Source: Bdellovibrionales bacterium (lineage in GTDB: Bacteria > Bdellovibrionota > Bdellovibrionia > Bdellovibrionales > UBA1609). Taken from it: a DNA stretch of 64,000 nucleotides. The notes below the pieces were generated by a model, which saw only the letters and a program-made list of their open reading frames with translations, searched no databases and was not told the origin of the DNA. The translations under genes and the position numbers were made by a program. Below, one piece after another: positions 8,437 to 16,719 of the stretch (position 1 is its first letter; every line of letters begins with the position of its first letter). The stretch spans positions 492,088 through 556,087 of the forward strand of contig OZ241840.1 in assembly GCA_965202645.1 (NCBI GenBank). The letters run 5' to 3'.

Positions 8437-8887
8437 ATTTGTGGGACAGCCTCTTTTTTAACAGGCTGTCCAGGCTGTATTTTCCTCCTCCGGCCAATGT
8501 GAATAAGAGGAAAAACAGGGCATACAGCAAAGCCAGCTCCTTCGCTTTAAATGGATCTGGCCAATGAGTGATAAAGGCGGCCACTAACATTGTAAATAAA
8601 AGGCTAAAGCCTGCCCATCGGCTAAACAGCCCTAAAGCCAGGAGAATGGCTCCAAAAAACTCAGCGCCTGTGACAAGAAAAAGGCTCAGTGTGGAGCCTA
8701 AACCCAGCGGGTTGGGAAAGTGAGGGGCGATATTTGAAAAATTCATTAGCTTTCCATAGCCGTGAGAGCATAGCATAATACAAGAGACCGCCACTCTGAC
8801 AAATAAGTATGACCAGTCCAGCAAACGGCTTTCCATGGCCCGCCCAAAATTTAAGCCCAGGAGCTTTAAAGCTTTGTGTTTATTCAT
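8435..8887 (-). CDS. DoxX-family membrane protein
   Basis: About 150 aa with 4 predicted TM segments. The LL.RV....M..HGY.KL motif is typical of DoxX. Confidence 0.8.
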   Translation of the reverse strand: MNKHKALKLLGLNFGRAMESRLLDWSYLFVRVAVSCIMLCSHGYGKLMNFSNIAPHFPNPLGLGSTLSLFLVTGAEFFGAILLALGLFSRWAGFSLLFTMLVAAFITHWPDPFKAKELALLYALFFLLFTLAGGGKYSLDSLLKKRLSHK

Positions 8888-8993
8888 TGAGCCTCCTTTA
8901 TTTATTAGCTTTTTATACCTTTAATCATGCCCTGTCAATCCGCTTTAAAGTTTGCCTTTTTTTAAGGGCTTATGCTATTCTGTGGATGTATGC

Positions 8994-9070
8994 GCGGGTG
9001 TAGCTCAGTTGGCTAGAGCGCAACCTTGCCAAGGTTGAGGCCGAGGGTTCAAATCCCTTCACCCGCTCCA
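8994..9070 (+). tRNA. tRNA-Gly (anticodon GCC)
   Basis: Acceptor GCGGGTG/CACCCGC, anticodon stem CAACC/GGTTG with loop TT-GCC-AA, T-loop TTCAAAT, encoded CCA. Confidence 0.95.
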
Positions 9071-9450
9071 TTTACCGGCTATTGACGCAAAACAACACCA
9101 AGGCGCTTTTGGAAAAACGCCGCTATTTTCAAGCCCCCGCCTTTTCTCACAAATCAGGCCAGCGTTATTTTCAGCTAGTTAAGCCCTATCAAATTATGCT
9201 TAACCAGTATAAGAGCCATAATAAAATTACATTTTGGACTAGGCGCAAAAAATCATGTAGAGTATAAAAACTGGAGGTTAATGCGCTTTAATAATGAATA
9301 CCATAAAAAATAAAATTGCTAAGCTGGCAAATAGTTACTCCAAAAATTTGAGAAAGAAAATAGATGAGCGTGTTGCTGAAATGGAAGAGGACGATCCATA
9401 TAGCCTCTCAGCTATAGCATTATCCTGAAAGTTTTTGTCCTTTCAGCCGC

Positions 9451-9900
9451 TCAATGACTCGAAGCGGCTTTTGCGCAAAAAGCGGAATCTTTTTTTAGGA
9501 ATTTTAAAATAGAGGCTTTTCCCATCACAGATTTTTTCCCGCCTTTGATCTTCAAGCTGGGGGAGCCTTGAATTTTATAAGCCTCATAAAACTCATTGGG
9601 AGATCCGGAAAAAATCTCATAACCCGCTTGAAAAGCCTTTAGCTTTTTTAAAAGGGCTTTTGGGTTTGGCCCTGTGGCGAAAAAGCCAATTTGAGAGGGA
9701 GCGGGCTTTTTGCCGGAGCAAAGCTTTGTTAAATCCGCCAGAGTTTCTGAGCAGGAGTGACAGCCTTGAGCCACCAACAGCCAATGCTTTTTTTCAGCTT
9801 TTTTTGGCCCGCCGGCCTTCTTGGATTTTAAATTGTAAATCGCCCCGCTGGAAAAAGAAAAAAAACAGGGGACCAATAAAAAAAATATAAACCGAAACAT
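9451..9900 (-). CDS. Secreted thioredoxin-fold protein with CxxC motif (putative)
   Basis: N-terminal signal-like MFRFIFFLLVPCFFSFSSG. WLLVAQGCHSCSETL resembles the TlpA/ResA-type active site. Confidence 0.45.
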   Translation of the reverse strand: MFRFIFFLLVPCFFSFSSGAIYNLKSKKAGGPKKAEKKHWLLVAQGCHSCSETLADLTKLCSGKKPAPSQIGFFATGPNPKALLKKLKAFQAGYEIFSGSPNEFYEAYKIQGSPSLKIKGGKKSVMGKASILKFLKKDSAFCAKAASSH

Positions 9901-10199
9901 GCAGATCCTCCTGTTTTAAATAAGTTTTTAAGCCTCTTTCAAATCCCGCCAATTTGCCTCTCCCGGTAAAAAAAGGGGGATCGATATAAATTTAAGCCTC
10001 TTTCAAATCCCGCCAACCCGCCAATTTTCCTCTTTCCAGCTGAAAACTTGATGCTTTTTTTATCAGGGCCTCTCCCCTTTTATAGCAGATCGGCTTATGA
10101 ATTCCCAGCAAATTCAATTTGAGCCAGTCATTCCTATAAAAAGACAGGCGCTCGCCTAAAAGCAGGCTTTATTTTGCCGCATTTTTTTTGGAAAGGCCA

Positions 10200-10290
10200 C
10201 AAAAACTTTAATCTCCGCCATTTTTGCGGGTCGCCTCTGCTCTGCTCAGCTGTCGCCAGGGTGCTGTATTTGAGCCATAATTCCTCCTTT
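10200..10290 (-). mobile_element. IS3-family orfA 5' remnant
   Basis: The reverse complement reads AAGGAGGAATTATGGCTCAAATACAGCACCC..., the same start as the remnants at 21016 and 35063. It is truncated and closed by stops. Confidence 0.45.
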
Positions 10291-10642
10291 GTTTGCTCCC
10301 CTTACTACCCCTCACATCCTGAAACTATACACATGGCGGCCTCTTTAACAGTTGCTATTTCAGTTTTAAAAAGCGCTTTCAATAAGAGTTTCTTGTGAAT
10401 TAAGTTTTTGAAATGAATGGGCTAAAGGCCAGCCTAAAAAAACAGCAATGAGCCATAAAAATATCAATCTGAGCGGCTGATTTGTGGCTTTGTTTAAGCG
10501 CCGGCTGTTTTCATTTCAAAAGAGAATGCTAACTCTTTTTCTGGCGGATGGGCTAAGTCTGTTTTAGAGCATGCCTGCAGCGCCTTAAAAAGCGCTGGCT
10601 TTCCCTCTGTTTTAGGCCGCGGGCAAAAAAATCCAGCTTAAT

Positions 10643-12085
10643 TTAGCCGCTCAATATGCGGTTTTTTAAAAAGAAAAAGTTTTTCACAGTGAAAGTCAGA
10701 GCCTGCTCCAGGCTTAAAGGGCTGATTTCCGCCTCTTGCCTCAAATCAGACAGAGTTCTGGCCACCCTCAGCAAAGCTCGTTTTCGGCGATGAGAGGAGT
10801 TTTTTGGCAAAAGAGACATGAGATTTTTTCCCGCCATAGCCTCTAACTGCCTCAAATCCAGGAGAGAGTTGGGATTTTCCTGCTTTCTCTCCTTTAAACG
10901 AAAAAGACGGGCTTTTTGCGCCTCCTTATAGAGGCTTTTTAAAGACACCTCCCTTTTCCCTCTCCAATCTTTGGAGAAAGCCAGCAAATCAAAGCGATCC
11001 ATCATCGGGCCGCTTAAACGGTCTAAATGGGATTGGCATCTCCTGAGAGAATAAGAGCATTGAGCCGGCCGGCCAGGCTCATAATCCCCGCAGGGGCAAA
11101 GATTGCTGGTCGCCGCTAAAAGAAACCGCGCGGGAAAAACCATGCATTGCCCCTTTCGGACCAGGCGAATCTTCCCTTTCTCCAAAGGCTCTCTTAGGGC
11201 CTCTTGCGCTTTGGGATGAAATTCCAGATACTCATCTAACAAAAGCAGGCCTCCATGAGCTTTTGAAATTTCACCTAAAAAGAGAGGGGATCCGCCGCCA
11301 ATAATAGATAAAGGGCTTGTTGTGTGATGGGGGCTGATAAAGGGCCGCCATGTCAGGGAGATATTTAAAATTTGCTCCAGCTCCTCAAGAGATTCTTTTT
11401 TTGGCTCAGAGAGAAGATAATAAAGATGTTCAGCCAGTGTGCTTTTTCCCGATCCCGCTGAGCCGCAAAGCAAGAGAGAGTGCTCCCCCGCCGCGCTTAT
11501 TTTTAAAAGCTCCCCGGCCGTTTTTGAAAAAGAGATGTCCGGAATGTCCGGCGCCTTGAGGCGCTCCCGCCAATCTGTGGCGGGAATAGCCTGCCCGGCG
11601 GAAAGCTCCCTTAAATTTTGAGCGGAATAAACCGCTCCCTTATAATTTTTGCCTTTTAAAGAGCCTATAATCAAGGTTTTGCCTTGAATGGGCAGGGCTT
11701 TCCAATCATCAGGCGTCCATACATTCCCATTGAGATCGGTTTCCCCATAAAAATACAAAGAGGAGCTGTTGTAGTGAGAAAAATTCATCTGGCCGGTTTT
11801 CCATAAAATAGCTCCCGCCAAGGCTAAGTCCATTCCCGGACTGCTCTTTTTTATGTAAGCCGGAGACAGGTTGATAATCATCTGCTGCTTGACAGGCCAG
11901 CTATAGCCCATTTTTTTAAAGGCGGACTTCAGCCTTATGGCGCTCTCTTTAATGGCCATATCCACAAGCCCTGTAAATTTAACCTCCGGCAGTCCGGGCA
12001 AGAGGCTGACTTGAATCTCAACAGGAATAAAGAAAAACCCCTCTTTTACAAAAGAAAAAAACTTCATGCCTTTTTTTACTTGCAA
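10643..12085 (-). CDS. YifB/ComM-family Mg-chelatase-like AAA+ ATPase
   Basis: Lon-protease-like N-domain, Walker A GSAGSGKST, Walker B LLLLDE, and the cysteine cluster CPCG...C typical of YifB. Confidence 0.9.
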   Translation of the reverse strand: MQVKKGMKFFSFVKEGFFFIPVEIQVSLLPGLPEVKFTGLVDMAIKESAIRLKSAFKKMGYSWPVKQQMIINLSPAYIKKSSPGMDLALAGAILWKTGQMNFSHYNSSSLYFYGETDLNGNVWTPDDWKALPIQGKTLIIGSLKGKNYKGAVYSAQNLRELSAGQAIPATDWRERLKAPDIPDISFSKTAGELLKISAAGEHSLLLCGSAGSGKSTLAEHLYYLLSEPKKESLEELEQILNISLTWRPFISPHHTTSPLSIIGGGSPLFLGEISKAHGGLLLLDEYLEFHPKAQEALREPLEKGKIRLVRKGQCMVFPARFLLAATSNLCPCGDYEPGRPAQCSYSLRRCQSHLDRLSGPMMDRFDLLAFSKDWRGKREVSLKSLYKEAQKARLFRLKERKQENPNSLLDLRQLEAMAGKNLMSLLPKNSSHRRKRALLRVARTLSDLRQEAEISPLSLEQALTFTVKNFFFLKNRILSG

Positions 12086-12180
12086 TTTTTTTTCTAAAAA
12101 AAACTGAGTTTTTTTTGAGTTTTAAGCCTCACCTTCCAAAAAATTTCCGAATACCGGATTTTTTAACAGGCTTTTTTATA

Positions 12181-12361
12181 AACTGAGCTGGCTCTCTTGG
12201 CTTATTCACGAGGTTAAATTTGTCTTTTTTTCAGAGGCCAAGTTTATTTTTATCGGGACGGGCGTCCGGCCCTTGAGCCTGCCGGCGCCATCCATGGCGC
12301 AACCAGCCCTTAAAGCTTGGCCTCTGGAAAAATTGAAGATCATAATGGGATTTAGGCCAAG
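12181..12361 (-). repeat. Family C element, copy 2 (inverted relative to copy 1)
   Basis: The reverse complement aligns end to end with 3887-4066. It lies upstream of yifB in the same relative orientation that copy 1 has to rny. Confidence 0.6.
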
Positions 12362-12449
12362 AGATCTAGTTCAGCTTATTTTTTTAGGCCGGGCTTTAAA
12401 ATCACTTTTAAAGCCTTGACTGCCCGGCGGGCTATGATATGCTAAAGGC

Positions 12450-12776
12450 ATGGAAGGTTTAGACACAAGCGAAAAAAACTTAATACAGAGGCTGTCTCTA
12501 AAAGACACATCGCCAAGGTTTCAAACCATTGGCGTAACAGTGAGCTGTTTTATTTTGTTTTTTTTCTTCATAAGTTTTATTTTAGAGGCTAAAGTTGATC
12601 CGATCAAAAAAGATATCGCCAAGGTTGAGGCTGATATTGCCAAGGTTGAGGCTGATATTGCCAAGGTTAAGGCGGATATTTCCGCGCTTGGGGCTGGACA
12701 GGCCAAGCTTGAGGCCGGACAAGACAGCCTAAAAAGCGACATCGCGGAAATAAAAAACTTGCTATTAAAAAAGTAG
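12450..12776 (+). CDS. Small TM plus coiled-coil protein (GQAKLE family) with internal 21-bp repeats
   Basis: TM segment IGVTVSCFILFFFFISFIL, then DIAKVEA x3 (21-bp DNA repeat) and GAGQAKLEAGQDSLKSDIAEIKNLL. Paralogs at 6501 and 16297. Confidence 0.6.
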   Translation: MEGLDTSEKNLIQRLSLKDTSPRFQTIGVTVSCFILFFFFISFILEAKVDPIKKDIAKVEADIAKVEADIAKVKADISALGAGQAKLEAGQDSLKSDIAEIKNLLLKK

Positions 12777-12851
12777 TATGAGCCGCAAACTCAAAAAGCT
12801 TAAAGCGCGTCAGATCCGTCTCTCTCTCGCTCTCTTTTGGAAGACAATTTA

Positions 12852-12869
12852 CCCCCCCCCCCCCCCCCC
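12852..12869. repeat. Homopolymeric C18 tract
   Basis: I counted 18 consecutive C residues, 102 bp upstream of the pilin-like ORF start at 12971. Confidence 0.95.
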
Positions 12870-14259
12870 GATTTTTTTCTCTTATAAATAAGCTCTTTAA
12901 AAGACAAGCCCGTATCGGCTTTAGCCTTTGCTCCCTTAACTGGATCGTCCCCGCAAAATGGACAATTTACTTGGCAAACTATCTAAATATCAAAGATAGA
13001 TCAAACAGCGCTTTTAACCCTCACCTCACCCCATTACATACCGGGTTTAGCCTCATTGAAGTTTTAATAACTTCCACAATCGGCTTGGTTTTAGGCGCCG
13101 GAGTTTTAAAGCTAAGCCAGATCGCTATTGAAAATACTCATATCCTCAAGACGATCTTTGCGGAGCAAAGACTTGAAAAAGCAGTCAGTGACGCTTTAAC
13201 AGATCAAGCTCATTGCAAAGATATTTTAGGGCAGTTTCATTCAAAAACAGTTGATTCAGACGGAGCTATTTCCGTCACTAATGACAGCTCAAAAACCTAT
13301 AAATATGGAGTAAAGACTGGCGAATTTGAGGGCGGTATAATTGACATTCAAGCAATAAAATTAACCCCTCCAGCCGCCGCTGATTGGACTGCCGCTAATT
13401 CAGAGACGGATTATGTTCTCTATTATAAAAAGCCCCGGCTTGGCAAATATGCGACTCTAGGCGGCAATACATGCTCCGCCTCCGATCAAACCGGCTGTTA
13501 TTTTGTTAAATGCAAAATGAATTATTTTTGCTCTGACAACACATGCCAAACGGACGGCGATCAGTGTCAGCTTGTGGCCGGGAGCTGTAAGGGGAATAAC
13601 CAGGGGAGTAATGCTATAGCAAACAAAGAGTGTGATCCGGGGCTTTCTTTAACCGGGTTTGACTCCGCTGGAGAGCCGATTTGCAGAATAGCCTGCTCTT
13701 CCGGCCGGGTTTATGATGCCGGGGCCTGTAAATGCCCCGGCGCTCCCGGTGAATTAAAGTGGAAGCGGGCTGGCGAAGTGGACGAGGGGCGTTGTCTTTG
13801 CGCTAAGAGTGATGGGACTTATGATTATAGAAAAGTCTGGAATGGGAAAAAGTGTGTGACTAAGTGCACTGGAATTAATAAGTTTAACACAGTCACAAAG
13901 CAGTGCACTGAATGCGATGACAGCGGCAATCCGCCGGATTATCACTGGTGGGCGCTCACTAATACATGCGTCTATTGCCCTGAACGCGCTGCTACGGCTA
14001 CACACACACGGACGGCCTTTTTTGCTGTAGGCCAAAGCTGTGGCTGCCATGGTGTTGGAGGCAGAGAATTAAAATTTTATAATCTCTTTAACGGTCAAGA
14101 AGATGTATGCGTCGACAAATGCGAAGCGAATGAGCATTGGAACGGGACAAGCTGTATCAATAAATGTTCAGCCGGGGAAAGGTGGTTTACAGGTTATTAT
14201 CCGTCGCCGGGCCGCTGTCAAAGTTGTCCGGGAACATGGCATCCATATACTAAAATAAA

Positions 14260-15011
14260 GGTTCATGACAACTTAAGCTCTGTTTGATAGAGGTTAAGTT
14301 GTTGAAATGACTGTAAAAAACAAGTATTTTCTCCGTTCAAGAATTTCTGAGCCTAAATTTAGGGAAATTGTTAGGCTCTTTTCTGCCGATCTGACAGCCC
14401 AACAAATAGCTTTTTTTTCGGGAATCAGCAGAAACAGCATCAATAAAATCTTAAAAAATATCCGTATAAGAATGGCTGAGCATTGCGAGAAAAATAGCCT
14501 GTTTTCTAAAGGTCAAATAGAAATGGATGAAAGCTATTTTGGGCCTCGAAGAATACGCGGAAAAAAAGGCCGGGGAGCTTATGGAAAAACTATCGTTTTT
14601 GGCGTTAAAAAAAGACAAGGGAAGGTTTATACCCAAATCATTAAGAATTGCTCAAAAAAGGAGGTTTTGCCTCTTATAAGAGATAAAATTGACAGAAAGA
14701 CAACCCTATTTACAGACGGATTTAAGACCTATGATAGTTTAGTGGATTTGGGTTATAAGAAACATTATAGGGTGCATCACGGGAAGAATGAATTTTCTAA
14801 AAAAGAGGGGAAGATAAAAAGCCATATTAATGGCATAGAAAATTTTTGGGGGATCGCTAAAGTGAGGCTTTATAAATTTAGAGGAATGGATAAAAGAACA
14901 TTCTATTTGCATTTAAAAGAATGTGAGTTTAGATTTAATTATAGACAAGATAATTTATATGTGTTATTATTAAAAATCATCAGAAATAGACCCCTTAAGT
15001 TGTCATGAACC
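14260..15011 (+). mobile_element. IS1595-family (IS1016-like) insertion sequence, 752 bp
   Basis: Perfect 18-bp TIRs GGTTCATGACAACTTAAG (14260-14277; reverse complement at 14994-15011). Single transposase ORF. AAATAAA is duplicated at 14253-14259 and 15012-15018. Confidence 0.9.
14307..15008 (+). CDS. IS1595-family (ISXO2-like DDE) transposase
   Basis: 233 aa. The N-terminal HTH-like region, ...EMDESYFG...GKT.VFG...TDG.K.Y....H..V.H and ...HINGIENFW...K match my recollection of IS1016-group transposases. Confidence 0.88.
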   Translation: MTVKNKYFLRSRISEPKFREIVRLFSADLTAQQIAFFSGISRNSINKILKNIRIRMAEHCEKNSLFSKGQIEMDESYFGPRRIRGKKGRGAYGKTIVFGVKKRQGKVYTQIIKNCSKKEVLPLIRDKIDRKTTLFTDGFKTYDSLVDLGYKKHYRVHHGKNEFSKKEGKIKSHINGIENFWGIAKVRLYKFRGMDKRTFYLHLKECEFRFNYRQDNLYVLLLKIIRNRPLKLS

Positions 15012-15657
15012 AAATAAAAAAATACGTACAAAATTTTTTTATGTGTCAATGTCCCGCCGGGCAAAAATGGTGTCACAAATCCGGCGGCGGCTTTGACTGT
15101 TTTGAGCGATGCAAGGATTGGGGCAAAGAATGGAACAGCTCAAGCAAAACATGCGTGGCTAGATGTTCAAGTGGTCTAGTATGGAATGGCAAACGCTGTG
15201 TCAGAAAATGCGATGGGACTGGGGAGAATGGGAAGGGACGGGATCACGACTCCAGCGCCTGCCGCTCCTGTGTGACTATTCCTGCTGAAGATGGAGTAAA
15301 TTGGATCGTCGCCGGCTCCAATCGCGGCCAGATCGCTGGAGACTGTATTCCGCAAAATACTAATGATCCTCCCCCCCCCGACCACATATAACGGTTTTCA
15401 AAATAAATGTTATTGCGGTGCGAAGATATGTCCCGATAGCCAACAGCCTTAAGATAAGCCAGCTCAGTTGAATTGTGGCCCACGGCTGGGAGTCAATTCA
15501 GCCGGCAGTTTACTCCCGGCCGTCCGCCTCTTTTTTTTGTGGCCACCGGCTTAATAACCCAGTTTGTAAAATTTTCACACTAGAGAGATTTAAGATAATT
15601 TAAGTTTTCTTTTTTTTACTGTGATATAAAATCCTCAAACAAACCATAGGAGGATTT

Positions 15658-16197
15658 ATGCAAAAAATTATTATAAGGCTTTTCTCTGCCTTAACCAAAG
15701 AGATAAAAATCGGCTTTAAGCGTTTAGCCGTGATAGGCGTTATTGGACTAATCGGCTTTTCTAATTATGGCTATGGAGCTGGAGCTGATGTCAATACTAG
15801 AGATAATAGCGGCTCGACTCCCTTAATCGCGGCCGTCATAAATGGACATTATGATGTCGCAAAGGTTTTAATTGAATACAAAGCTGATGTTAATATTCCA
15901 AATAATAAAGGCGCGACTGCTTTGCATTATGCCTCATTTTTGGGATACAGTAACATTGCAAAATTGCTGATCGACGCTGGAGCTGATGTCAATGCTAAAG
16001 ATAATGACGGATGGACTCCTCTTAAATATGCCATGAGCTTTATGGACTTTCATGCGCAAGCAGATGGAAAACTTAACAATGACAATCCTTCCCATGTCAA
16101 ATTTCTAAAAATCATATCTATAATAAAAAGCAGAATGGCGGAGAGGCCGGCGGACAAAGGCACGCCAGACGAATACCGCAACTCAAGCGACGAATGA
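15658..16197 (+). CDS. Ankyrin-repeat protein with N-terminal TM/signal segment
   Basis: Three ANK units (GADVN..D..G.TPL..A...GH.D.AK.LI). Strong RBS AGGAGG. Confidence 0.9.
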   Translation: MQKIIIRLFSALTKEIKIGFKRLAVIGVIGLIGFSNYGYGAGADVNTRDNSGSTPLIAAVINGHYDVAKVLIEYKADVNIPNNKGATALHYASFLGYSNIAKLLIDAGADVNAKDNDGWTPLKYAMSFMDFHAQADGKLNNDNPSHVKFLKIISIIKSRMAERPADKGTPDEYRNSSDE

Positions 16198-16219
16198 TAA
16201 AATTCAGTTGTTAGGAATG

Positions 16220-16247
16220 AGGCTGGGGGCGACTCCGGCCTTTTTTT
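16220..16247 (+). terminator. Rho-independent terminator after the ankyrin gene
   Basis: A 9-bp stem AGGCTGGGG/CTCCGGCCT (with G-U pairs) and GCGA loop, followed by T7. Confidence 0.6.
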
Positions 16248-16296
16248 GCGCGGTTTTTGTTAAAAAAACCCGACTTTGGCGGGATAAGCTTGGGTT

Positions 16297-16515
16297 ATGG
16301 CAATTTTTACTCCGCTATTTCAAGCTATTATTGCTTTTGTGGCCGTTTTGACTGGCTTAGGCATTATTTTTGGATTGATTTTAGAGCCAGTCAGTTTCCG
16401 CTTGACTAGTCTTGAGGAGGGCCAAGCCAAGCTTGAAAAGAGAATGGACGGTTTAGAGGATAAAATTGACAATTTTTTAAAGCATAGCCACAAAAAGAGC
16501 ATAGTTCAGCGCTAA
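16297..16515 (+). CDS. Small TM plus coiled-coil protein (GQAKLE family)
   Basis: TM segment FQAIIAFVAVLTGLGIIFGLIL, then LEEGQAKLEKRMDGLEDKIDNFL. Third paralog in the window. Confidence 0.6.
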   Translation: MAIFTPLFQAIIAFVAVLTGLGIIFGLILEPVSFRLTSLEEGQAKLEKRMDGLEDKIDNFLKHSHKKSIVQR

Positions 16516-16719
16516 TTTTCTTTCCAAAAGGGAGAATTTGGGCGCTAAAAAGTCCGCCAGCTTAAAGCGCCATGAGCCAAAAGCCTGAGTTCGCCTCTTG
16601 GCTTGGATAAATTGGAAAAGGCTTAAGATATTTTTAAACCGGGTTTGCTTTATTGTCGGGCTTTGCGGACGCTCAACATGAGTTAAGAATCCGAAAACAA
16701 GACTAGCAGGCCGGCGGCC

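Larger units (their letters stand above)
12971..15391 (+). pseudogene. Type IV pilin-like, cysteine-rich repeat protein interrupted by an IS
   Basis: Prepilin-type N-terminus (HTG/FSLIEVLITSTIGLVLG). Repeated C-x-x-KC...WNG..C modules occur on both sides of the IS. The ORFs 12971..14287 and 15005..15391 are in the same phase, and removing 759 bp joins them. Confidence 0.7.

Noticed and set aside
9294-9428. A small 44-codon ORF (MNTIKNKIAKLANSYSKNLRKKIDERVAEMEEDDPYSLSAIALS), and a similar one at about 34465-34600.
   Set aside because: They are below a reliable length, have no convincing RBS or family resemblance, and could be chance ORFs in AT-rich spacer DNA.
9928-10016. A possible decayed integrase att site. 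The direct repeat TTAAGCCTCTTTCAAATCCCGCCAA contains TTCAAATCCCG, which resembles the T-arm of tRNA-His and tRNA-Gly (tRNA-Gly lies 0.9 kb upstream).
   Set aside because: The match is only about 11 nt, confined to the generic T-loop sequence. No integrase gene is nearby, and the repeat fits the genome-wide 64-71-bp duplication pattern better.
15483-15511. A 29-nt sequence, CGGCTGGGAGTCAATTCAGCCGGCAGTTT, is shared between the pilin-gene downstream region and 18233-18261, upstream of gene 16720..18174.
   Set aside because: The repeat is real, but there are only two copies and no clear ends. At 15483 it forms part of a hairpin plus T8 terminator-like structure, while at 18233 the 3' half is missing. 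That is insufficient to define an element or function.
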